Origin: Mobula hypostoma
Lineage: Eukaryota
Length of the DNA: 64,000 nt
Reading direction: 5' to 3'
Assembly: GCF_963921235.1 (NCBI RefSeq)
Contig: NW_026948140.1
Location: 62,001-126,000 of the forward strand
The position numbers were made by a program, and so were the translations under genes. Below, piece by piece: positions 34,283 through 46,149 of this stretch; position 1 is the first letter of the stretch; each line of letters begins with the position of its first letter. The notes under the pieces are model-generated. The model saw only the letters and a program-made list of their open reading frames with translations, was not told where the DNA came from and ran no database searches.

Positions 34283-36782
34283 TGTCACATACCCCATGAC
34301 GGGTTAAAGAACCAGCAGAAATGGAAAATACCTTAGAGTCTGGTATTGCTATGAACTAATGGTATTTATTAGTAACTACACAATACAGTAATAGAAGTGC
34401 AGATATATCAGACAGGTTAGCAATATATATATATATGTGTGTGTGTGTGGAAATATAGAAACCAAGCTTCTTCAAGCCCAGGGATAAATGGATACAGTCT
34501 TACGGAGATCACTGAAGTTCAGTTCAATTTGTGGTATCGAGTTGAGTAGAAATGGAGAGAGAGAGAGGTGTTTGGTTCTTTAGGTGAGCTGATGCTTTCG
34601 ATCTTCACGTTGTCCTTCAAAATCCTTTAAAAGTCACCGAATGTGACCACAACAAAGGGGACTGTCCTTCTGTGGTGGAATTATCAACCCAGGCGAGGGT
34701 TGGGTAAACGAATAACTCCCCACCGGTCACACCTTTTCCACACTGCGAAAGCCACTGATCAATTCTCCTGATCGATCCTCCAAAAAGCCACCCTTTCTGT
34801 GGGCACAACAAAGCTCATCCAGTGTCCAAAATCATGTGTCTGTGAGTCTATCATCTGAACTTCTATTTATCTCACCATGCTGAACACTATCTGTCCATCA
34901 AGTAGCTCCTCCCTTCTCTCTCTGTATGAACTTTGAAGCTGCCAGTGTCCTTGCAGAAGTGTAAACTGTAGATTACAAAGTTCAAAACAATACATGTATA
35001 ATCATCAGATAACAGAGCAAAAATGTGTATAATTTCTAACTTAACATCTGGAGAAACAATTAGCTATAATGTTGTCAGTACATTTCACATGTTTTATTTT
35101 CAGGTCATATTCTTGCAATATCAGACTCCAGTTTAATAACCTTCTATTCTTATCCTTCATCTTAGTTAGAAACACTAACGGATTATGGTCCGTGTAAACC
35201 ACAAGTGGTTTCTGGGCAGGACACACATAGATTTCAAAAAGTTGTAAAGCCAGAATAAGTGATAGCAACTCCTTTTCAACAGTGGAATAATTTTTCTGGT
35301 GAACATTATATTTCTTTGAGAAATAAGCTACTGGGTGTTCAATGTCATCCACACCCTTCTGTAACAGTACTGCTCCAGCAGCTTCGTCACTAGCGTCTGT
35401 CGCTATAGAAAATGGCTTGGTAAAATCAGGTGCTTTGAACACAGGATGGTTTTCAGACCATAGAAACCATAGAAACTACAGCACAGAAACAGGCCTTTTG
35501 GCCCTTCTTGGCTGTGCCGAACCATTTTCTGCCTAGTCCCACTGACCTGCACACGGACCATATCCCTCCATACACCTCCCATCCATGTATCTGTCCAATT
35601 TATTCTTAAATGTTAAAAAAGAACCCGCATTTACCACCTCGTCTGGCAGCTCATTCCATACTCCCACCACTCTCTGTGTGAAGAAGCCCCCCTTAATGTT
35701 CCCTTTAAACTTTTCCCCCTTCACCCTTAACCCATGTCCTCTGGTTTTTTCTCCCCTTGCCTCAGTGGAAAAAGCCTGCTCGCATTCACTCTGTCTATAC
35801 CCATCAAAATTTTATATACCTCTATCAAATCTCCCCTCATTCTTCTACGCTCCAGGGAATAAAGTCCTAACCTATTCAATCTTTCTCTGTAACTGAGTTT
35901 CTCAAGTCCTGGCAACATCCTTGTAAACCTTCTCTGCACTCTTTCAACCTTATTTATATCCTTCCTGTAATTTGGTGACCAAAACTGAACACAATACTCT
36001 AGATTCGATCTCACCAATGCCTTATACAACCTCATCATAACATTCCAACTCTTATACTCAATACTTTGATTAATAAAGGCCAATGTACCAAAAGCTCTCT
36101 TTACGACCCTATCTACCTGTGACGACACTTTTAGGGAATTTTGTATCTGTATTCCCAGATCCCTCTGTTCCACTGCACTCCTCAGTGCCTTACCATTAAC
36201 CCTGTATGTTCTATGTTGGTTTGTCCTTCCAACGTGCAATACCTCACACTTGTCTGTATTAAACTCCATCTGCCATTTTTCAGCCCATTTTTCCAGCTGG
36301 TCCAAGTCCTTCTGCAGGCTCTGAAAACCTTCCTCACTGTCTACTACACCTCCAATGTTTGTATCATCAGCAAACTTGCTGATCCAATTTACCACATTAT
36401 CATCCAGATCATTGATATAGATGACAAATAACAATGGACCCAGCACTGATCCCTGTGGCACACCACTCGTCACAGGCCTCCACTCAGAGAAGCAATTCTC
36501 TACCACCACTCTTTGGCTTCTTCCATCGAACCAATGTCTAATCCAATTTACCACCTGTCCATGTATACCTAGCGACTGAATTTTCCTAACTAACCTCCCA
36601 TGCGGGACCTTGTCAAAGGCCTTAGTGAAGTCCATGTAGACAATATCCACTGCCTTCCCTTCATCCACTTTCCTGGTAACCTCCTCGAAAAACTCCAATA
36701 GATTGGTCAAACATGACCTACCACGCACAAAGCCATGTTGACGCTCCCTAATAAGTCCCTGTCTATCCAAATGCTTGTAGAT
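34283..36782 (-). mobile_element. Composite CR1 3' part (35458-36782) + Gypsy RNase H (35041-35455) + LTR (34283-~34965); inverted copy of 62091-64000
   Basis: ATDASDEAAGAVL..NYSTVEKEL..YTDHNPL; the same 133-aa ORF occurs on opposite strands at 35041 and 63431. Confidence 0.93.
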
Positions 36783-37285
36783 AGATAGTAGAGAGCAGCC
36801 CCTCAGTATTTGTTACCTCATTTTAGATGCTATTAAGGGTGGTGACCTGACAGAGGACGACTACGGCGATCTGGTCTCTGGCACTGAGCCTGGTTCCGTG
36901 GTGCAGAAGGGAAAGGGGAAGACGAGGAATGCAGTAGCCATAGGGAATTCCATAGTGAGGGGAACAGACAGGAGGTTCTGTCAGCCTGATAGAGATACTC
37001 GCATGGTGTGTTGCCTCCTAGGTGCCAGGGTTTGGGATGTCTTGGATTGAGTGCACAGTATTCTGAAGAAAGAGGGTGAACAGCCAGAAGTCTTGGTACA
37101 TTTTGGTACCAATGACATGGGTAGAAAAATGGAGGAGGTCCTGAAGAGAGAATTCGGGGAGTTAGGTAGGAAGCTGAAAAGCAGAAACTCCAGGCTAGTA
37201 ATCTCAGGATTGTTGCCTGTGCCACATGCTAATAAGTGCAAGAATAACATGATCAGGCATATTAATGCATGGCTGAGAGACTGGT

Positions 37286-38490
37286 ATAGTCATAGTCATA
37301 CTTTATTGATCCCGGGGGAAATTGGTTTTTGTTACAGTTGCACCATAAATAATAAATAGTAATAGAATCATAAGTAGTTAAAAAGTAATATGTAAATTAT
37401 GCCAGTAAATTATGAAATAAGTCCAGGACCAGCCTATTGGCTCAGGGTGTCTGACCCTCCAAGGGAGGAGTTGTAAAGTTTGATGGCCACAGGCAGGAAT
37501 GACTTCCTATGACGCTCTGTGCTGCATCTCGGTGGAATGAGTCTCTGGCTGAATGTACTCCTGTGCCCACCCAGTACATTATGTAGTGGATGGGAGACAT
37601 TAACTAAGATGGCTTGCAACTTGGAAAGCATCCTCTCTTCAGACACCACCGTCAGAGAGTCCAGTTCCATCCCCACAACATCACTGGCCTTATGAATGAG
37701 TTTGTTGATTCTTTTGGTGTCTGCTACCCTCAGCTTGCTGCCCCAGCACACAACAGCAAACATGATAGCACTGGCCACCACAGACTCGTAGAACATCCTC
37801 AGCATCATCCAGCAGATGTTAAAGGACCTCACTCTCCTCAGGAAATAGAGACGGCTCTGACCCTTCTTGTAGACAGCCTCAGTGTTCTTTGACCAGTCTA
37901 GTTTATTGTCAATTCATATCCCCAGGTATTTGTAATCCTCCACCATGTGCACACTGACCCCCTGAATGGAAACAGGGGTCACCGGTACCTTAGCTCTCCT
38001 CAGGTCTACCTCCAGCTCCTTAGTCTTTTTCACATTAAGCTGCAGATCATTCTGCTCACACCATGTGACAAAGTTTCCTACCGTAGCCCTGCACTCAACC
38101 TCATCTCCCTTGCTGATGTATCCAACTATGGCAGAGTCATCCGAAAACTTCTCAAGATGACAAGACTCTGAGCAGTAGTTGAAGTCTGAGGTGCAAGTGG
38201 TGAAGAGAAAGGGAGACAAGACAGTCCCCTGTAGAGCCCCAGTGCTGCTGATCACTCTGTCGGACACACAGTGTTGCAAGCACACGTACTGTGGTCGGCC
38301 AGTCAGGTAATCAAGAATCCATGATACCAGGGAAGCATCCACCTGCATCACTGTCAGCTTCTCCCCCAGCAGAGCAGGGTGGATGGTGTTGAACGCACTG
38401 GAGAAGTCAAAAAACATGACCCTCACAGTGCTCGCTGGCTTGTCCAGGTGAGCGTAGACATGATTTAGCAGCTAGATGATGGCATAGCTT
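37286..38490 (-). mobile_element. Rex1/Babar LINE 3' part
   Basis: FFDFSSAFNTI, QGTVLSPFLF, KFSDDS; AATAAA and (tatgac)n tail. Confidence 0.9.
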
Positions 38491-40535
38491 CAGGGGCATA
38501 GCTAGGGGGCAGAGCTTCAGATTCCTGGATCATTTGGGCCTCTTCTAGGGGAGGTACAACCTGTACAAAAAGGATGGGTTACACCTTAAGCCAAAGGGTT
38601 CCAATATCCAAGCAGACAGGTTTAATAGACCTGTTCAGGAGGGTTTGAACTAATTTGGCAGGGGGATTGGAAATTGAGTGATAGGGCTGAGGAAGGGGAT
38701 AACAGAAATGAATCAAAGATAGTGTGCAACAGAGGTGATAGAGAGGGCAAGCAGGAGATGAGGCATAATCACAGCCAGTGGGCTCAGTTACAGGGCAATA
38801 GAGGTGTGATGTGGTTAAAATAGAAAACAACAAATACTGGACTGAAAGTGTTATATTTGAATGCACACAGCATAAGAAATGAAATGGACTATCTTGAAAT
38901 TCAGCTACAGATTGGCCAGTATGACGTTGTGGCCATCTCTGAAACTTGGCTAAAGAATGGCTGCCATTGGGAGCTGAACGTCCAAGGATATAGGGTGTAT
39001 CGGAAAGATAGGTTAGCAGGCAGAAGGGGAGGCATGGCCCTGTGTGTAAGAAATAATATTAAATCATTAGAAAGGGATAACATAGGATTGGAAGGAGTTG
39101 AGTCTCTATGAGTTGAGTTAAGAAATTGGCAAGGGTAAAAGGACTCTAATGGCAGTTGTATACAGGCCTCCAAACAGCAGCCAGGATGTGGATTACAAAT
39201 TACAGCAGGAGACAGAAAAGACGTGTCAGAAGGGTAATGTCATGATAATTGTCGGGGATTTTAACATGAAAGTGGATTGGGAAAACAAGACCGGTACTGG
39301 ACCTCAAGAGAGAGAATTTGTAGAATGTCTAAGGGATGGCTTTTTAGAACAACTTGCTGTTGAGCCCACTAGGGGATCAACTGTGCTGGATTGGATGTTG
39401 TGCAATGATCTGGAGGTGATAATAGAGTTTAAGGTTAAGGAGCCCTAAGGGAACAGTGATCACAATATGATCGAGTTCACTTTGAAATTTGAGAAGGAGA
39501 AACTAAATTCCAATGTGTCGGTATTTCAGTGGAATAAAGGAAATTACAATGGCATGAGAGGGGAACTGGTCAAAGTTGACTGGAAAGGGACACTTGCAGG
39601 AAAGACAGCAGAGCAGCAATGGCTGGAGTTTCTGTGAAAAATGAGGGAAGTGCAAGACAGATATATTCCAAATAAGAAGAAATTTTTGAATGAAGAAGGC
39701 CACTACTGTGGCTGACAAGTGAAGTCAGAGCCAAAGTAAAAGCAAAAGAGAGGGCATACAAAGAAGCCAAAGCCAGTGGGAAAATAGAAGATTGGGAAGC
39801 TTTTAAAAACTTGCAGAAGGAAACTAAGAAGGTCATTAGGAAGGAAAATATGAATTATGAAAGGAAGCTGGCGACTAATATCAAAGAAGATACTAAAAGC
39901 TTCTTTAAGTATATAAAGGGTATAAAGAGAGTTGAGGGTAGCTATAGGACCAATAGAAAATGATACTGGTGATATTGTAATGAGAGATGCAGAGATGCCA
40001 GAGGAACTGAATACATAATTTGCATCAGTCTTCACAGTGAAAGACATCTGCACAATACCAGACATTCAAGAGTGTCAGGGAAGTGAATTTTGTACAATGA
40101 AAATTATGACTGAGAAGGTGCTCAGGAAGCTTAATGGTCTGAGGGTGGATAAATCTTCTGGACCTGATGGAATGCACTCTCAGGTTCTGAAGGAAGTAGC
40201 TGGAGAGATTGCAGAGGCATTAACAATGATCTTTCAAGAATCGATAGATTCTGCCATTGTACCGGATGACTGGAAAATTGTAAATGTTACTCCACTATTT
40301 AAGAAGGGTGGGAGGCTGCAGAAAGGAAACTATAGACCTGCTAGCCTTACATCAGTGGTTGGGAAGTTGTTGGAATCGATTATTAGGAATGAGATTACAG
40401 AGTACCTGGAGGCACATAACAAAATAGGCCAATGCCAGCATGATTTCCTGAAAGGAAAATCCTGCCTGACTAACCCACTGCAATTTTTTGAAGAAATTGC
40501 AAGCAGGGTAGACAAAGGAAATATAGTGGATGTGA

Positions 40536-43107
40536 TAACACTCACAACACGCTGGAGGAACTCAGCAGGTCGGGCAGCATCAGTGGAAAAGATCGGTCGA
40601 CGTTTTGAGCCGGAACCCTTCGTCAGGACTGTAGAGAGAAGGGGCAGAGGCCCTATAGAGAAGGTGGGGGGAGGGTGGGAAGGAGAAGGCTGGTAGGTTC
40701 CAGGTGAAAAACCAGTAAGGGGAAAGATAAAGTGGTGGGGGAAGGGAAGCAGGGAGGTGATAGGCAGGAAAGGTGAAGAAGGAATAGGGGAAAACACAAT
40801 GGGTAGTAGAAGGAGGCGGAACCATGAGGGAGGTGATAGGCAGCTGGAGGAGGGGGCAGAGTGACATAGGGATAGGGGAAGGGAGGGGGAGGGAACTACC
40901 GGAAGTTGGAGAATTCTACGTTCATACCAAGGGGCTGGAGACTACCTAGACGGTATATGAGGTGTTGCTCCTCCATACTGAGTTTAGCCTCATCATGGCA
41001 GTAGAGGAGGCCATGTATGGACATATCTGAAAGGGAGTGGGAAGCAGAGTTGAAGTGGGTGGCTACTGGGAGATCCTGTCTGTTGTGGCGGACAGAGCGG
41101 AGGTGCTCAAAGAAGCGGTCTCCCAATCTGCGTCGGGTTTCACCGATATAGAGGAGGCCGCACCGGGAGCACCGGAAGCCTGACTGTCCCGGTAGACCCG
41201 TAGTTTCTGCCTGCTCCTGTCCCACCAGACTTGTATCTGCCTACCTGGACTCCATTTTGTCACCCATAGTTCAGTCCCTCCCCACCTACATCCGGGATAC
41301 ATCCCATGCCCTCCACCTCTTCAATAACTTCCAGTTCCCCGGTCCCAACCACTTCATTTTCACTATGGATGTCCAATCCCTATACACCTCCATTCCCCAT
41401 CAAGAAGTTCTCAAGGCCTTCCGCTACTTTCTGGATAATAGACTTCACTAGTTCCCCACCACCACCACCCTCCTCTGGTTGGTGGAACTGGTTCTCACAC
41501 TCAATAATTTCTCCTTTGGCTCTTCCTACTTTCTTCAGACTAGGGGTGTAGCTATGGGAACTCGCATGGGACTCAGCTATGCCTGACTGTTCGTTGGTTA
41601 TGTGGAACAGTCTATGCTCCAAACCTATACTGGTACTGCTCCCCAACTTTTCGTTCGGTACATTGACGACTACATTGGTGCTGCTTCCTGCACCCATGCT
41701 GAGCTCGTCAATTTCATCGACTTTACTTCAAACTTCCACCCAGCCCTCAAATTCACTTGGTCTACCTCTAACACTTCTCTCCCATTTCCCGATCTCTCGG
41801 TCTCCATCTCTGGAGACAGACTGTCCACTGACATCTTCTATAAGGCCACTGACTCTCATAACTTCCTCGACTGTACCTCTTCCCACCCTGCCATATGCAA
41901 AAATGCCATTCCCTATTCCCAGTTCCTCCGTCTCTGCCGCATCTGCTCCAAGGATGAGGTTTTCTGTTCCAGGACACCTCAAATGTCCTCTTTCTTTAAG
42001 GATTGTGGTTTCCTTTCTGCCGTCATCAATGATGCCCTCACTCGCATCTCCTCCATTTCTTGCACTTCGGCTCTCACCCCATCCTCCTGCCACCATAACA
42101 GGGACAGAGTTCCCCTTGTTCTCACCTACCACCCCACCAGCCTCCGGATCCAGCACATTATCCTCCGCAACTTCCGCCACCTTCAACAGGACCCCACCAC
42201 TAAGCACATCTTTCCCTCTCCACCTCTCTCTGTCTTCCGCAGGGATCGGTCCCTCCGCGACTCCCTGGTCCACACGTCCCTCCCCACGGATCTTCCAACT
42301 GGCACTTATCCCTGTAAGTGCCAGTGCTACACCTGTCCCTACACCTCCTCTCTTGCCACCATTCAGGGCCCCAAATAGTCCTTCCAAGTGAGGCAACACT
42401 TCACTTGTGAGTCTGTTTGGGGTCATCTATTGCATCCGGTGCTCCTGGTGTGGCCTCCTCTACATCGGTGAAACCCGACGCAGATCGGGGGACCGCTTTG
42501 TCGAGCACTTCCACTCTGTCCACCAAGACAGACAGGATCTCCCAGTAGCCACCCACTTCAACTCTGCTTCCCACTCCCATTCAGATATGTCCATACATGG
42601 CCTCCTCTACTGCCATGATGAGGCTAAACTCAGGTTGGAGGAGAAACACCTCATATACCGTCTAGGTAGTCTCCAGCCCCTTGGTATGAACATAGAATTC
42701 TCCAACTTCCAGTAATTCCCTCCCCCTCCCTTCCCCTATCCCTATGTCACTATGCCCCCTCCCCCAGCTGCCTATCACCTCCCTCATGTTTCTGCCTCCT
42801 TCTACTACCCATTGTGTTTTCCCCTATTCCTTCTTCACTTTTCCTGCCTATCACCTCCCTGCCTCCCCTCCCCCACCCCTTTATCTTTCCCCTTACTGAT
42901 TTTTCACCTGGAACCTACCAGCCTTCTCCTTCCCACCCTCCCTCCACCTTCTTTATAGGGCCTCTGCCCCTTCCCTCTACAGTCCTGACGAAGGGGTCCA
43001 GCCCGAAACGTCGACGAATCTTTTCCATGGATGCTGCCTGACCTGCTGAGTTCCTCCAGCGTGTTGTGAGTGTTGCTTTTACCCCAGCATTTGCAGAGTA
43101 TTTTGTG
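40536..43107 (+). mobile_element. Penelope-like element with inverted 5' copy of its own 3' end (40536-41176 minus; 41177-43107 plus)
   Basis: RT YIDDY (41602-42378), GIY-YIG on both strands; 11-bp TSD tagtggatgtg (40524-40534) / tagtgaatgtg (43108-43118). Confidence 0.92.
42982..43015 (+). ncRNA. Minimal hammerhead ribozyme motif
   Basis: gtc-CTGACGA-aggggtccagccc-GAAA-cGTC-gac; predicted cut after 43012. Confidence 0.72.
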
Positions 43108-44269
43108 TAGTGAATGTGGTGTACATGGAATTTCAGAAGGCCTTTGACAAGGTGCCACACATGTGGCTGCCTAGCAATGTAACAGCCCATGGAATTACGT
43201 GAAGTTACTAGCATGGGTGGAGCATTGGTTGATCGGCCGAAAACAGAGTGGGAGTAAAGGGATCCTATTCTGGCTGGTTACCGGTTACCAGTGGACTTTC
43301 ACAAAGGTTGGTTTTGGGACCGCTGCTTTTTATGATGTACAGTATGTCATTGATTTGGACTATGGGATTATGTGGCTAAATTTACTGGTGATACACAGAT
43401 AGGTGGAGGAATGGGTTGTGTTGAGGAAACAGAGAGACTTAGGTTAGAGGAATGAGCAAAGAAGTGGCAAATGAAATACAATGTTGGAAAGTGTATGGTC
43501 ATGCACTTTGCTGGAAGAAATAAATGGACAGGATATTATTTAAATTGGGTTTGAATTCAAAATGCAGAGATGCAAAGGGACTTGGGAGTGCTTGTTCAGG
43601 ATACCCTAAAGTTTGAGTCCGTGGTGAAGAAGGCGATTGCAATGTTGGAATTCATTTCTAGAGGTATAGAATATAAAAGCAGGGATGTGATGTTGAGGCT
43701 CTGTAAGGCACTTGTGAGAGCATTTTTGGAGTACTGTGTGCTCTTTATTTTGGAAAGGATATACTGACATTGGGGAGGGTTCAGAGAAGATTCATGAAAA
43801 TGATTGCAGGAACAGAAGGGTTACTGTGTGAGGAATGTCTGGCAGCCCTTGAGCTGGTATCCCTGGAGAATGAGAGTGGATCTCTTTGAAACATTCCGAA
43901 TGTTAAAAGGCCTGAACAGATTAAATATGGCAAAGTTATTTCCCATGGTAGGGGAATCTAGGACAAGAGGGCACAACTTCAGGATTGAAGGAAGTCCATT
44001 AGGATAGATTATGTGGAGAAATTACTTTAGTTAGAGAGTGGTAAATCTGTGGAATTTGTTGCCATGAGCAGCTGTGGAGGCCAAGTCATTGGGTGTATCT
44101 AAGGCAGAGATAGATAGGTTCTTGATTAGCCAGGGCATCAAAGGGTATAGGGAGAAGGCAGGGGTGTGGGAATGACTGGAAGAATTGGATCAGCCCATGA
44201 TTGAATGGCGGAGCAGACTTGATGGGCCAAATAGCCTACTTCTGCTTCTATATCTTATAGACTTATGGC

Positions 44270-44950
44270 CTTATCTGTGCAGATTGGAAATAACATTTCC
44301 ACCTCACTAACAGTCAACACTGGCACACCTCAGGGATGTTTGCTTAGCCACTACTCTACTCTCTCTACTCCCATGCTCAGCTCAAATGACATCTATAAAT
44401 TTGCTGTTGATTCAACCATTGTTGGCAGAATTTCAGATGGTGATGAGAGGGCGTACAGAAGTGAGATACTGCATATCAGCAAGTCAAGTGGTGTCACAGC
44501 AACAACCTTGCCCTCATTATCAGTAAGACCAAAGAACGGATTATGGAGTTCAGAAAGGGTAAGATGAGTAACACACAATCAGTCCTCACGGAGGGGTTAG
44601 AAGGGGAAAGAATGAAGAATTTCAACTTTCTGGGTGTTAATATCCCTGAGGATCTAACGTGGACACAACATATTGATGCAGCTACAAAGAAGGCATGACA
44701 GTGGCTATATTCCTTTAGGAGTCTGAGGAGATTTGGAATGTCACCTGAAACACTCACAAATTTTCTGCAGATGTTTTGTGGAGAGTATTCTAACTAGCTG
44801 CATCATCATCTGGTATGGGGACAAGGGGCCACTGCACAGCATTGGAGTAAGCTGCAGAGTTGTAAACAGTCATCTCCATCATGGACACTAGCCTCCATAG
44901 TATCCAGGATATCTTCAAGGAGCGATACCTCAACAAAGGTGGTGTCCATC
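44270..44950 (+). mobile_element. Rex1/Babar remnant
   Basis: VNTGTPQGC, IYKFAVDSTIVGRIS. Confidence 0.8.
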
Positions 44951-44954
44951 CTTA

Positions 44955-45965
44955 ATGGCCTTTATCAATGTGCTTAGTCACATCCTCAAAAAATTCAATC
45001 AGACTCATAAGGTACGACCTGCCTTTGACAAAGCCATGCTGACTATTCCTAATCATATTATGCCTCTCCAAATGTTCATCAATCCTTTCCCTCAGGATCT
45101 TCTCCATCAACTTACCAACCACTGAAGTAAGACTCTCTGGTCTATAATTTCCTGGGCTATCTCTACTCCCTTTCTTGAATAAAGGAACAACATCCGCAAC
45201 CCTCCAATCCTCTGGAACCTCTCCCATCCCCACTGGTGATGCAAAGATCATCGCCAGAGGCTCAGCAATCCCCTCCCTCGCTTTCCACAGTAGCTTGGGG
45301 TACATTCCGTCCGGTCCCGGTGACTTATCCAACTTGATGCTTTCCAAATGCTCCAGCACATCCTCTTTCTTAATATCTACATGCTCAAGCTTTTCAGTCT
45401 GCTGTAAGTCATCACTACAATCACTAAGATCCTTTTCTGTAGTGAATACTGAAGCAAAGTATTCATTAACTACCTCCCCTATTTCCTCTGGTTCCATACA
45501 CACTTTTCCATTATCACACTTATTTGGTCTTATTCTCTCACTTCTTATCCTCTTGCTCTTCACATACTTGTAGAATGCCTTGGGGTTTTCCTTAATCCTG
45601 TCCGCCAAGGCCTTCTCATGGCCCCTTCTGGTTCTCCTAATTCCATTCTTAAGCTCCTTCCTGCTAGCCTTATAATCTTCTAGATTCGTATCATTACCTA
45701 GATTTTTGAACCTTTCATTAGCCCTTCTTTTCTTCTTCACTAGATTTACAACAGCCTTTGTGCACCACAGATAATTTACCCTACCATCCTTTCCATGTCT
45801 CAGAACCCCACGCAAATATCCCCTGAACATTTGCCACATTTCTTCTGTACATTTCCCTGAGAACATCTGTTTCCAATTTATGCTTCCAAGTTCCTGCCTG
45901 ATAGCCTCATAGTTCCCCTTACTCCAATTAAACATTTCCTTATCTTGTCTGTTCCTATTCCTCTT
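44955..45965 (-). mobile_element. CR1 ORF2 internal fragment
   Basis: 327-aa ORF with KSPGPDG, NYRPESLTS and SQHGF. Confidence 0.9.
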
Positions 45966-46149
45966 TTTTGTATCCCTTTTGTACAGGACATACTGTTCCT
46001 AGAAGGATCCCAATAATCCACAATCCACAACTCAGCTCCCTGCATCATTTCTTCAGCCACATGTTCACCTGCCATACCAAGTTCAAAGTACATTTATTAT
46101 CAAAGTACATACACATTATAGAATCTGGAAATTCATCTCAAGACAGCAA

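Larger units (their letters stand above)
36785..44262 (+). mobile_element. Older CR1 (ORF1 esterase, ORF2, 3' tail) hosting Rex1 and Penelope insertions
   Basis: VHFGTND (37051-37359), LYLNAHSIRN (38848), RT at 40037-40535 resuming at 43108, 3' tail near 44250. Confidence 0.85.

Noticed and set aside
34283..36782. CR1-mediated 3' transduction as origin of the inverted duplicate
   Set aside because: The copy runs to the LTR's terminal CA, beyond the expected polyadenylation point, and has no tail or TSD
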